Source: Iphione sp. A-MEVVRFRX5
Taxonomy: Eukaryota
DNA: 64,000 nucleotides
Reading direction: 5' to 3'
Assembly (NCBI GenBank): GCA_976226885.1
Contig: OZ320315.1
Coordinates: 63,488,001-63,552,000, forward strand
Position numbers and translations under genes: made by a program
The notes under the pieces: model-generated
Told to the model about the DNA's origin: nothing
Seen by the model: the letters and a program-made list of their open reading frames with translations, nothing else
The model's database searches: none
Shown: positions 39,132-51,510 of the stretch, piece by piece
Numbering within the stretch: the stretch's first letter is position 1
Layout of the letters: every line of letters begins with the position of its first letter

Positions 39132-39245
39132 CATTGCTCATAGACTTTCTTATTTTAATATGAAGATAATAACAACTGCAAATTGGAGAAGTACAATTTA
39201 TTTTCTCACCCGACACCAAAGTAGATTGTTTGATAAAACGAATAT
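39132..39245 (-). repeat. Direct repeat copy B2 (114 bp)
   Basis: 107/114 identical to 39432-39545 (7 substitutions, no indel), offset exactly 300 bp. The minus strand contains AATAAA. Confidence 0.95.
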
Positions 39246-39431
39246 GTATAAAAGGGTGAATAGTGGCAATAGTTAAATTAATATATATAGGGCTGGGAGG
39301 GTGCGAGCAATTTCGGTGGCCGACTGATGGGAAGGCCTGCACAGCTCCTATAAATACCGCTGGCTTGGGGGAGGGGGGTATGGTGTGATCGACCGTGCCA
39401 CTCGCAATGATTTGCCACATCATGCCCACCT

Positions 39432-39545
39432 CATTGCTCATAGACGTTCTTATTTTAATATGAAGATAATAATAATGGCAAATTGGAGAAGCACAATTTA
39501 TTTTCTCACCCGACACCAAAGTAGATTGTTTGATGAAACAAATAT
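39432..39545 (-). repeat. Direct repeat copy B1 (114 bp)
   Basis: Partner of 39132-39245; begins about 40 bp after the recombinase stop. Confidence 0.95.
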
Positions 39546-39582
39546 ACAATAAAAGGCCAAGGGTGATGGGTGAGATTATGCT

Positions 39583-40005
39583 TCATCCAAAATGCGGCCA
39601 GCACCAAAGATACCTGATAAGCACCAGAAATATGACTATGAACTGTTCATATGCACTGGAAGCCCAATTCCCAAAAGCCCTGATAGTGTGGATATCACAA
39701 CTGGCATGATAGGCCAACGTCGCCCCCATTTGACATATGCTATGCAATGAATAGTCAGCTGGGGGTAAGTTGAGATGACCAAGTCGTTGCTTGAACTGGT
39801 TGCTAAGGCACTGAGTGGTGACGGGCAAACATTCTGCTAGGTTGACTGATAGTGGCTGGCGTTGGCTGTAGGTTGGCATGTAGCAGAGCAGCTCTGCATA
39901 GGCGGCAAGTATACAGGTGCAGGGTTCCATGCCTGCCGGAAGCCAGACCTCTCGTCATTGGTTGAAAGCCTGCATCGTTTTTGCCCATCTACGTAGCAAG
40001 AAACC
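39583..40005 (-). pseudogene. Tyrosine recombinase C-terminal half, inactivated
   Basis: One frame reads LRRWAKTMQAFNQ*REVWLP...CILAAY...QPL...PVTTQCLSNQFKQRLGHLNLPPADYSLHSICQMGATLAYHASCDIHTIRAFGNWASSAYEQFI. This matches DIRS YR motifs RWSKT, YSxHSxRRGGAT and GxWxSxAYxxY. There is an in-frame TGA at 39957-39955, and the HxxR arginines read TGT CAA. Confidence 0.85.
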
Positions 40006-40249
40006 ACCTAACACGTCTCCAACTAAATGTATCTCTATTGGATCTACCCATATATAAACTATCATTGGCACTATTCTGTTCTCTCTGACATCCCCCTTAT
40101 GTGTCTACAAACCTCCATACATACCTCTATCTCCTTCTGCTCTACTTAAATATATACCGATTTTGCACTAACCCCTTAACTCTGCCTTCCCCTCCAGGTA
40201 GCTCTGCCTATATGAGCCCGGAATCGTGTAACAACCCCTTGTCGTCCCC

Positions 40250-40342
40250 ATGCAAAACGCTCCATACCAATCTATTGTAGGCTCCATTCGTCTAATCTGC
40301 ATAAAAAGGCCACCCCACGCTCACCATTTCCTGAAATTGGCG
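40250..40342 (+). mobile_element. Possible Copia RT remnant
   Basis: MQNAPYQSIVGSIRLICIKRPPHAHHFLKLA resembles Copia MxxVPYxSAVGSLMYxxxxTRPDIAxAVxxLS; nothing recognisable follows. Confidence 0.22.
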
Positions 40343-42409
40343 ACCAACTCTGGTCCAATCTATATGTCGACCCATCTTATCCAGGCAGATATCAAACCCT
40401 GCTCTCGCCTGCCTCCCTCAATAATGAGCCAACAACTTCCATTCAAACCGTTAGACACGTCGTTCTACTCTACTTGCTCAGTCACCCAACCCTGCCCTCA
40501 ACCACCCTTTATTGTAACCATTTATTTTGCCTTAATCCCTATGTCCATCCACCCGGTCTACAAATGTGCCAAACGCTGCCCTCACCTTCCATCCCTCACA
40601 GACAGTCCCCAACTTCCCACTCTAACCTTCACTTACGTCCATCCACCCTGTCTACTTAGCATCACAAAAACACCTCCGCCTGCAGCTGAATGGCACAGCG
40701 CTGGTAGTCGAGTGGTCCTTCAATGAGCAGATTAGTGGCCGGCTGAGAACCTTCCGAGCAGCTCCTACAGCGCTAACGAGCAACTCTTTCCATGCTTCCC
40801 ACGCATACTGCCCGTATTGGAGGCCCCTCCAATGCCTTGCACACAGCGTATCATTTCCCTCTGCTGGAATGAGGTTACCTGTTTGATTTGATGCAGGCTT
40901 TGAAAACTAGCCGTACCGATGGTCAAAGTATAGGACCACGCAATAAGGTTTATAGAGATACTGAGAATTCATGCTGGAAATACCAGGGGAAAAACCAAAC
41001 TCCGCGAACTGATGGTTTCTTTATATCATAAACACTGACGTTTCTTCGTTGTAACTAATGTCAGTATCAAAGACTTTCTACAACAGTGTTGAGTCAATTG
41101 TTCTCTAATGCCCAGAGTCCTTCTCGTAACTACACTTTTAATTGGTAGCCATAGTATCAGAATGAATATCACATACGACCATTAATAAAAGAAAGCCACT
41201 TTCCCCACATCCAAACTCAGCAGCAGCGATTAATTATAAAACGTCCACGGCACCCAGAGAGTGCATTGCTGCTCCCTGAATTGCTTACACTTGATTTGGT
41301 TACGCCATTTCCTCCATTGTTAACAGTGCGCTTCTTCCTCCTACCCTCTCTGAGCCTCTCTCTCTCCGGCTGTCGTTGTATTCAGAGTGAAGGACGTTCA
41401 TTGAAGATACAGCATTAAGCGCTTCAATACTCGCTGCCTGTCGCTAGGAATCCCGCCCGTAATGAATGGATTCTTAATTGACGAGTCTGGATGCATTAAA
41501 GAAATGCAAATTAATACAGTTGTGTCGGTTGTAGTTGATCGCATACACATCTCGCCTCAGCAGAAATCACAAAGTCCTTTATAGACACATGTGCGTTTAT
41601 GTTTATGTATATATCCCGAGGAATAAACAGCTAAAGGGACTACTGTATATATCAATATCTGTATAGATACAGCAAAATTTCGTCTATATGGATACGTTTT
41701 ATGTCCTTTGTATGTTTAGAATCTCTGCGAATCGATCCTATCTATTCTTTAGATATACCTATTGTAACCATGTATGGATTGTAACATTTATATAATTACA
41801 GGTACATACGTGGTTTATTCAATGAGTATTTAGGTGATCGACTGCCATCTTAACTGAATGTTTGAAAGAGCCGCCTACAATATGTGTTGAAGTGAAATGC
41901 CAATAAGGCGGAAAGAGTGTTGAGTTCATGCAATTCATTTAAAGAATCTCTTATTTACGAAAAACGCCCCATAGGACTATTTGCGAGAGAAACAAATATC
42001 ATTCATGTTTTATAATGTGTTTCTTTTGTATTGAAATCTAAATGAAAATTTGTTACAAATATGGTTATTCTGTTATCGCGCTAACGTATAACAAAAAAGA
42101 ACTACATGCATATTGTCTCAGTGTGGCTGGTATACAATCTAACGTTTTTATTTCCTTCCATGCTGTCAGCTGCTTTTAGCTTCTGTCTTGTCTCTGACGT
42201 TGAGCATACACCGCTAATTAGACTTTATAGATTATGCCATTGAGGGGCCCCTTTGGCATGTTACAATGTACTAGCGTACGAGAAGGCAGTATTAGCGGTT
42301 ATATTAGAAGGGGTATAAGTAAAATGGAAAGGATGGCATGGAAGCATACTCCATCAGGAGGTCCATTAGGCTGAGGCAGCTGATGCCCATCTGAGCAGGT
42401 AGTGCTTAC

Positions 42410-42520
42410 CTGCTCACCCAGGTACTCGCCCAATGGACACTCCAGTCACACGGGCTATTTATAGCGGGAACTGCTCGCCCGCTGGGCTACTCGGGTTGCC
42501 CGCCAGAGGGCCGGAGAGGG
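42410..42520 (-). promoter_or_regulatory. TATA-type core promoter candidate with short first exon and splice donor
   Basis: Minus strand has GC boxes, TATAAATA (42463-42456), CCATT with its A at 42434 (29 nt downstream), then CAG|GTAAGC (exon end 42410). Confidence 0.35.
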
Positions 42521-43164
42521 CGGACACCCGAGCCTAAAGGGCCGGCGGGGAGACAAGGCACACCCCTACAGCCCCTTTGGCACCCTACCCCTTGATCTGA
42601 TTATCATACGGCGTATTAAATTTTCATGGGGATTACTTTTGCAGGCGGCAAGACCACCGTCCCTCGCAGAAATCCCCCCATCGTCTACAAACCGACCCTC
42701 CCTCCAAGCACACACAAATCCTGGCCGTATTTTAGTTTTAGCCGGCTTCTCCATTATCTGTACAGTTTCCCTGTGGCCTCAGTTTTTTTTCAACTTCAAT
42801 GTGAAAATCAATTTGATGCTGCAAGGAATGGAAATGGTTTCCAAAGTCGCTGTACCCTTGAGACCCGATATAGGACACTGCACTGTAAGGCAGGTGATGA
42901 GGTGTCTGTGCTGACTTATAGAGGCGCCTGGAGTTTTTCTTAATGTATTTTTTCAAATGTATACTCATATTTTATCACGAGTAGTCTTTTTTTATTTGAC
43001 TGGTTGGCTCGGAATGCATAGCTCTTCTTTATCCTCCTTCTCGTATAAACGCCGACTTAGCTTCATCAAATGTCATCATAAATGTTATGGCAAGCTTTGC
43101 AAATGCGAAGGAAACGATGTGCGGATGGTACTTTTTTGAGATGTCTGTCTGTGTGTCTCCCTGA

Positions 43165-43167
<3 letters not shown>

Positions 43168-43239
<72 letters not shown>
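43168..43239. repeat. (CT)n microsatellite, interrupted
   Basis: Two CT runs separated by ttt and a C tract. Confidence 0.95.
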
Positions 43240-43242
<3 letters not shown>

Positions 43243-43572
43243 TTTTCTGGCGTTTACATTTCACCTTCTTCCAGTCGTGAATTCTCTAATTCCCAGAAGT
43301 CACCGTGCAGATTTCTTTATACGTGTACAGGACTTCCTTTTAATCTGTTGTATTTCTGTGTGTCCATTGTTTTGTTAATTTCACTTTTTTCCCTCTCTCT
43401 TCCGTTTCCTCCCCCTTTCTCTATCACTCTCTATCTCTGACCCCTGCTTCTTTCTCTTCTTTTCCACACTATTCTTCTCCTCATTTCTTCCATGTACATG
43501 TTGTTCTTCCTTTATCATCCTCCTTTCCCTCTCCATCCTCCCTCCCTATCATCTGTCTCTTTATCTGTCTCG

Positions 43573-43620
<48 letters not shown>
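43573..43620. repeat. (CT)n microsatellite
   Basis: CT run within a pyrimidine-rich region spanning about 43380-43630. Confidence 0.92.
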
Positions 43621-46600
43621 TTTTCCCATTTTCTAAGCGCCCTTAATCTATCTAAAATCACGGTGTTCGGTAGTTTCTGTTTGTGCCGCCAGGGGGATAA
43701 GTGGGCCTTGACCCCGGTAGTGTTTCGCGCATAAAACCCGCCTAGTTGCACAATATCTGAAGATTTACTGCTCGCCGTGCTATTCCAATCGAGCCCGCTG
43801 TCTCCATCTGTCGCCATTTGTGTCCTGTATATTGTTATCCGGAATGGGACCAGCGAGTCTCATATCCACACATAACCGTTACCGTCTCTCGAAATCAAGG
43901 TATACAATACACCATATAAAGCTCCCATTCAGAAAATTGGTCCTTTAAAGTAATGGAGACTGCCAGCAAGAGATGAATTTGAAGTGACATTTACTTCAAT
44001 TGTTCACCAGATTACCTCTTCACGAAATGATGTATTGTGATGGTTTTCACGCCAGCGTACAGTTATCTCGTTATCTAGGTTCTATTCTTGCATTTCGTTT
44101 TAACAGACGTCAATATAGAAACTGTAAGAGTTGGCTTCTACTTGGACTGTTTAGTGGTACGTTTCAAGTACCCAATTGTTATCATTATTTAAAGGGTAAT
44201 CATGTCTAAACTACAATGTAAATTTTCTATGTACATGTATATATAAATATATTATGCATGTATACATATTATGAGCCATTTATATATGTGTGTCCGTATG
44301 CACATGCCTTTAATGATAACCTTTCAGTTTTTGACTCGGCGTTTTCGAGGAGTTCTTCACCTGTTCTTCTCAGTTTCAGTCCACCTCGAATATGAAGACA
44401 TGAAAATGCCTCTTTTTAATCAAGGTTGTATCCTACACGATTGATCAATGCCACATTGATTCATCGCGTACGAGGGGGGGGAGAACAGGGGAATCGGCCC
44501 GAAAAGTAGAACGAATTTGTAATGTGAGACATGCCAAAACATTGCAGCAAATGTCAGCTGAAATACATCTGTTAACCCTATGCTTTCAAAGTGAGGCGTT
44601 GAAAGAAGTGGTGGGTCTCCGTTTGAAAATCTCCTGAGCAAAGCTGCCCATTCAATCCGTGTTTGGTTTTATATTGTCTTTAGTGAATCTGCCGCACACT
44701 ACAAACACCGAGTTTCCCACACTGAGCCGTCTTAAATTTAATAATGATACCCTTTCTTTCTTTCCAGGGTAGAAAGAAATGACTATGTTATTGTTTTGTA
44801 CTCTCCATCTAGCATTTGTTTGTGAAAGGATTTGGGTTCATAATAACCACAACTCTTCCACGTGTCAACAACAACTCGAATGCCAATTCACATATTCACA
44901 ATTCTGTTATCTCCGTGTTGCTAAGTCGCGTCTTGCTTATAAAACCGATATTGAGCTGTTCACAACCACGTGTATTTACCATTTCTGTTGTTCTCCCTGT
45001 CTCCTCCTCACTCCCACGTCAGGATGGAAAGCCAGGAGTAAGTATTGGAACGTTAGTCCAGTCGTCTACTTTTCAAGCACAGTAACTTCCTTCTCTTTTC
45101 TAGAATGAATAGTACAAAGGTGTATTATATATATTCATAATCTAAAGAATATATATTATACACTTGAACTGAAATGCATTGATGCCAGTTTTTATCTCTT
45201 TTTTTCTACTTAACTTTCATTATTCGGTGGTAGAATATCTCTTTAGTTTCGTAGGAATGTAGGTTGTAGACGGTTACCTTTTATATCTGTTTATTTGGTT
45301 CTCTCTACTGGAATGGAGAAGCACTTGCATGCTTATTTTATCTATGAACATAGCTAATAGCTAGAACACAAAGATAAATGCACAACTACAGACTGAAGCA
45401 TTCTTTTTTTCCTGTGCAATGTACATGCATTTTCCGTCCTTGATATCCACTGTAGTTTAATAGACCTGACAGATCTGCATTTGCGTTAATTTACCTTGCT
45501 TCAGAAGGGAAGACCCTTCATATTTCTATTGACCTTAGATATTTAACTCGCGTTTGTTGAAAGCGTTTATTCCGTTTTATCTAAGCACGAATGACATTAT
45601 AATCAGACTAAATAAAAAGTAAAGAAAAACAACCATTTACGTATGTTGCACCTGTCCTTTAGAAACCTCTTGTCTGTGATGCCAAGTGGGGACCTATTTT
45701 TACGTAATTAAAGTATTGATTATTGAAAAACGCCTTTTAAAAAGCCACGCTGCCCGGGTCTGTTGGAAATGGCCCATTTTTCCATTAAGTCAAAACCCTG
45801 TCTTTCAGCACGACGAGTGCCAGCCTGGTGCTGGCAATGCACGTAACTTGCAAGCTTAGGCACCTCCTCCTTTGCCCCCCCCCCCCTCTCCCACCGTCTC
45901 AGTCCCTTCCACTGAGGCCACCCCCACCCTCAATCCCTCCCCCCGTCTTCTACCAATCGATTATAGCCGACAAGAGCATGGCATGAAAGCTCGCATGACA
46001 GTCTGAATACCGTCTACTTAAATTATCCACAAATGCTCGACCAAATCATGTCAATTATTGTGCATTAAGTATGATTTAGATAGACGCTGATCCTCACACT
46101 GGCATACAGTAATGGAAAAAGAACAATACCGCTGGTGTCATGCTTATTCAAGGTCGTTCTGTTGTCAAACGATATTTTTTTTCATAAATCATTGTATGGA
46201 TGTGTAAGAAAAAATATTATCAGTATGACTGTCGAAACTGCGCAGTTACTTTGTACTTACAAACAATATCTTCAATGGCATATTAGCGCTTTGAGGTGTT
46301 TGCTGGTTGCTGCAAACCTCAGTTGACATTCAACATCTTGAAGCTGGAACGGTTCATAGTTGTGGTACTGGAGCTAACTCCTGCCAGACGCGTATGTTAA
46401 AGGGCAGTGATCATGTGTTAAATACCACAAACTGCTCTTCTGCGTTTTAACCGTGCGTATTTTGCATCATTCTAAACCAAGATACGCATATTTGTAAAAT
46501 ACAAAGCTTGTGATGATTTCTATCTTTAGCCCAGTACTATAGTAAATCATTTTTGCTCCCAGAAAGAAAATCAAAAGATGGTGATAAACAGTAATGATAT

Positions 46601-46889
46601 GACAACATTTGTTTTAAACAGTCTTTCTTAGTACATCACAATTACATGTATCCCCGTGGTAATCGAGCGAGATTATTTTTCGTAATTACAGCAAACAAAT
46701 GTTTCCGTTGCAAATAACCACGCTGTTGTTTGGGATGGAACGCTGGAAACGCATGCAGGGAAGCTGTGAAAAGTAACTGCCTGACAAAAAAGGGTGTTTT
46801 TTAAAGCGAATTTGAAGTTATATCAGCGGGTAAGAGGAACCTAAAGAAAACAACAAGATAAAAGAGTCTGTGCCCCTATCATGTAGTAG

Positions 46890-46924
46890 CTTTCGACGTT
46901 TCTCATATAAATTATCAGGTAAAG
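46890..46924 (-). ncRNA. Possible second, more decayed minimal hammerhead
   Basis: Minus strand reads cttta-c-CTGATAA-tttatatga-GAAAC-GTC-gaaag. The GAAACGTC half is intact, the core is one base off CTGATGA, stem I pairs only with a bulge, and stem II is poor. Confidence 0.28.
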
Positions 46925-49900
46925 ACAAATTCCATATACATATGGAAATAAAATAACAAAAATAACTAAATTGTTTATACTTCATCTACATGTATTAGCT
47001 GTACCTGTTATATATATCCATGTATACATGTTTTTCATTTCACGGGAACAGCTCTTTTGTACAAACGTCGAGATCTGAAATAAAAACCAGGAAACGGTTT
47101 TATGTGTATATACATTTACCCAGTTACATAGAAACATTCGTACGTACATGGAAGTACATGCACACACGCATAGATAAATGTACCAAACGTCCATTCTCTT
47201 GTTTCTAAAATCCCTTCTCCTCATCGTTTTTGAAGTATTCTTCACGCGTCCTGTCGTTTCTCACCCAGACTTCCTTTCCCTACTTAGTCAGGAGAACATA
47301 CAACCGAGATCTTCTTCGACATCCGCACCCGCCTTCCTAATGTAGGTGCCTTTCTCCAGTACACACAAAGGCGCACACATACATATCCACCTTCGTGGAT
47401 ACGCACACACACACACGTTCCCTATAAATTACGTCACTCGATCCGCCAGCGGAGCCCACGCCCCGTATCGTCTATCAAATCGCAAGGCGCCACCTATCCT
47501 GCCTTTGTATGCGGGCACGGGCACCACGTACTAAATCACGTGACATTCTGTCTGCGGGTACTCGGCCCTGGTACCAGCGAGGAAGACTGGTGACCCGGAG
47601 ATGGGGAAGGTAGCTGCGCTGAATGCTGGCAGCTCGAATCGATGTTGGGGAAGGGGCGGAGAGGGCAATGCCTTCCAACGACCTGTCGGACTAGATGCAT
47701 TTTGGTTGATGAGGGAAAGTAGGCAAGAGTGCAGGCGTAGGGGATGTTAGGTTGAAAGGCGAGTGGTACAAGATAGATAACATTGTGAAAAGACAAGCTG
47801 AGACGGAGGAGATATGCGCGCCGGGAAGCGCTGTAACGGATTTGGGGGAAGGGGGAGGGAGGTAAAGGTAGAGCGACAGGGATACAAGGACAGCATTAGG
47901 CAAGGGGAATATAGGTAACACAGACTTGTTGCCTTGATTGAACTTTGAATAGCAAAGGTGAACTGATGTCTTTACATATGACACATCCTTTAGCTTATAG
48001 ACATGAAGAGGTCGGGAAGACATAACAATATGCAGCTGGGTTCAAAGGCAGATCTTCAAAAGTGAAATATCCTCTTGAGAGCCGTTGTACTTTCCCACCT
48101 GCAGACATCTCTTCAACGCTCATCAAGGGTCAATTGGACATGTTCACAAACGGTCCTCAAGAAGAAAAAATAGCCAAGGGAACTACAATTTACACGAAGA
48201 CCCAACGTGCTATCGTATTAAGAAAAACGACCGATCAATAAGTTTACCGACAATGTTACTAAATAAAAGTGAGCAGCTCCACGTAAAGGCAGTTCTGATA
48301 CAACGTTTACAGCACAAGATGAAATAGCAAGTGATGAATAACCACGGAAATATCTGATTTGATACTTGAAGTACCGTTAACAAATAACACAAAAGTACAG
48401 TAATTTCTAGGTTAGTTCAGACTTGGTAGAGCCGAGTGAATCGGTTTCACGAAGACGTATCTCGGGGATAACTACAAGGGTAAGGTTAGCTGGGATTGCT
48501 TTGTATTATGCGACATTCCAGGTTAGAATAGACTGACCATGTACAAGGTGGACGCTCTTCCATATCTTTGATAATTCTGTGCTTTGGATGCGGAGAGGGG
48601 TGGGGGTTAAGGAGAATAAGCTTGATGTTACGGGTTCGGTGAAGGGGGGGGGGGAGGTCAAGACCAAAAGATACGGAAATGCTGTAAGCAGGTTGAGCCC
48701 ATGCCACATCGCCGGCTGACCTTTATCAGTGATCCTCTTCCCCCTTCTTTTCCCCTATCCCCCAAGGTCCTTCTCCCCTGAGGCTTGATATGATGAGTCG
48801 ACAGGCAGGAAATGCACGAAATCCGATCAGCGGCGGACGCATTGCCACCACCGGACGCGAGCAAGGATACACTGACAGCCGGCAGGTCACGTCATTTGTA
48901 TCGCAGCGCCATCGAGAAGAAGTCCCATGTGGGGCTGGATTTCCGCCCGCCCCAACCTACCCATCTCTATAGTCCTCCAGATTCAAACCGAAATGTCTTG
49001 ATGAGGGAAATGTGGATACTCTGACGTTTACCTTTTTGACCGTGCCATATGACCACTTTCATAGAGTTTCAAAGAAAATCACTTGTAGTCTTAAGGATAT
49101 CCATTCCAATATGAGCTGCTGCAGACAACTGCCCAACGTAAATCCTTTAACGATTCTACTCGGTGTGATGTTATTATTCCCTTGAAAATATGAAACACTG
49201 ACGTATATCAAAACTGTGGGATATACAAACAGAATCATTTGGATGCACTTGCGAAATTGTATGAAGAAGTAGTAAATACGATAAATATGGCATACGTATG
49301 TTTTAAAGGTCTGATTTCTTTTTGTGTTTACTACATCACATAATGTATAACTCTAGTTCTTAAAACAGATATGTCCTCAGAAGATGATAATTTCCCTAGA
49401 GCAAATGCATCACACCTTATACAAATTATAACCGGGTCTTTTTCGGCCTGTCCTGGTCCTGGTCTGTCCTCTTTCCTGGCCTGGCACAGGGCAGTGGCAT
49501 ATTCCCTGGAAGTGCCATACGGACTGGAGTCTTCCAAGTATCAGGGCTAACTGAAGCTGACCACTACAGGAATAGCAGCCACAGAGGGAACCTTTGATGA
49601 AAAAGGCCGAGAAAAGGCAATCTGCTTTGGCCCTTGTAAAGGTGGGGCCTAGTAATATTACCGACTTACCGTCCAATCAGACGATTGTAGAGGCGGTGTA
49701 TTAAAGGCAGAGATTTGCGGTCAAATACAGAGGGAATCTCAGTCCTCTTGGCGCAGCGTACAAAGCATTTGGCACGATCACAGGGCAGCTACTGCAGGAG
49801 TGAAGCCTTGGAGTGAAAAAAGGCCCTGAAGAAGTGTTACTCCAGGTTGGCCGTACCTGTCAACAGGAAGAGGTCGAGGAGGAGGTTATGGGGTGGACCC

Positions 49901-51379
49901 TTTCCGATAGCTGGTTCTATGATAGATTCAGCCAAAAGGCAAAAGTAACACCATCGCTCCCACCTCCATCAACACCACATAACACCACTCACCTACCTGC
50001 ATATGTTCTCCGTTCACCACGGACTTCAGACACTAGCCAACGACATTGCGGCAACCCTCAAGACTCACCACCATCACCACCACAATCACCATCCTCCCCC
50101 TTCCCATCCTGTGCGCCCCGGTTCCCCTATCCCCATACACCCCCAACGGTCTACCTAGTCGCACCTTGAAGTACCTTCAGTAAGAGTGATCAATGCGACT
50201 TTGCAGGGCGCCAAAGCCAAGCCCTGCCTCTGGTTTATTGCGAGCGCAACGGGAATGTGACGGCCGCCACGTCGGTAGGGCTAAGGCTACCACCGCCGGC
50301 GCCTCCTGAGCTGCTCGGTCGACGGATCAACTTGCTCACCTTGTGGCTTAAATTGTAGGCCCCAGTTTGCTCAACCAATATCACTTCACTTCAGTAGGCG
50401 TTGCCGCCTTTTTGAAGGCAAGCAGTCATCATCATACGTTAACTTTGGCTGGTCTTACCTATGGGCTGACTCTTACACTGAAAGGACTAGAAGGGTATAT
50501 ATCTCAATTAGATACTCTTAAGACATGCTAACACCCTTACATATGATATATGTGTGAAGTTTTTGTTCAAAGCCGAGAGCAATTTAGTTCCCTTCTACTT
50601 AATTCGTCTTTTATAAGTCTCGTATCTTCCCACTCAAAGTATTCAGTATGATATGCAAGTTTCAACCAGCAACAAACGGAATGAAGCCAAACTATATGTA
50701 CACGTATGGAAAGAAAACAAGACGCTCTTTCCAATTCACATCAGAATCGTATTAGGAAACAAAATTTGACCAAAGAAATGATCAGTCAATAGAACCCAGT
50801 GGTTTCCTTTGTGTTCTGGAAATCTATCTAGTCTCATTAATAAATGATAGGCTCCTACGCCCGTAGACATGAATATCTATACCAATTATTCCATCCAGTA
50901 GATAAGGACTACACACAATGAATATATAACGCAAGCGGCCCTTGGTAAAAGACTTAACCGCCTATGTTGTATACGAGGAAGGGACCGCTGGGCTTTGCGT
51001 ACAGTTTTTGGAAGGCCTGCCATGTAACAATTTATTGCATCCACCCTTTCACTTAGATTAATGACTCAGCGTAGAGGAGTAGGTCCTAGACGCAACTTTT
51101 TTTAAAACACAAGATCGCTATCCAGTAGTCCATGTGGCGCTGGTACGTCCCCCGCTGATTCCGTTCTACCTGTATATACAAGTACACGTGTATATATATT
51201 ATACAGTGTATGGACGAGGTCGCAGCTGACCAACATTAGACAGTCTGACAAACGCGGGAACCGGACCGTGCAGATAGTGACAACCGACAATCATTTCACT
51301 TTATGACCACTACATGTCAAATTGACAAATGCGTGAAGCAGAGAATGTTCAGGTCGACAGAACCACATTGGTCAAATGT

Positions 51380-51510
51380 TAACTGGCGAAATTGTTGTGA
51401 GTGGGCACAACTGCCACAAAAAAGCAGACCTTTTAAAAGAACCATTTGGAACTTGACGGGAAAAGATAAACCATTTAAAGAGGGCTTTCCTCTACGTTTC
51501 GATGCCAGTG
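51380..51510 (+). mobile_element. Possible Gypsy RT/RNase H junction remnant
   Basis: WNLTGKDKPF (cf. xLTKKDxPFxW) and LRFDASVG (cf. LxTDASxxG), but only about 9 aa apart instead of about 35. Confidence 0.18.

Larger units (their letters stand above)
39132..40005 (-). mobile_element. 3' portion of a tyrosine-recombinase retrotransposon (DIRS order, Ngaro/PAT-like) with split direct repeats, 5'-truncated
   Basis: On the minus strand the YR C-terminus (40005-39583) is followed by B1 (39545-39432), A (39431-39246) and B2 (39245-39132), the B-A-B 3' arrangement known for split-direct-repeat elements. Confidence 0.75.

Noticed and set aside
39132-39545. CRISPR-like repeat-spacer-repeat
   Set aside because: Only two 114-bp repeats, eukaryotic context, and adjacency to a YR explains it better; no CRISPR array was seen anywhere.
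38992-39549. 185-aa ORF with an internal repeat (FIKQSTLVSGEKINC twice)
   Set aside because: It is a read-through of the B-A-B terminal repeats; the peptide repeat simply mirrors the DNA repeat.
44469-44476. TACGAGGG, mariner-like terminal repeat start
   Set aside because: The only reverse match (about 11995-12002) is 32 kb upstream and in the wrong order.
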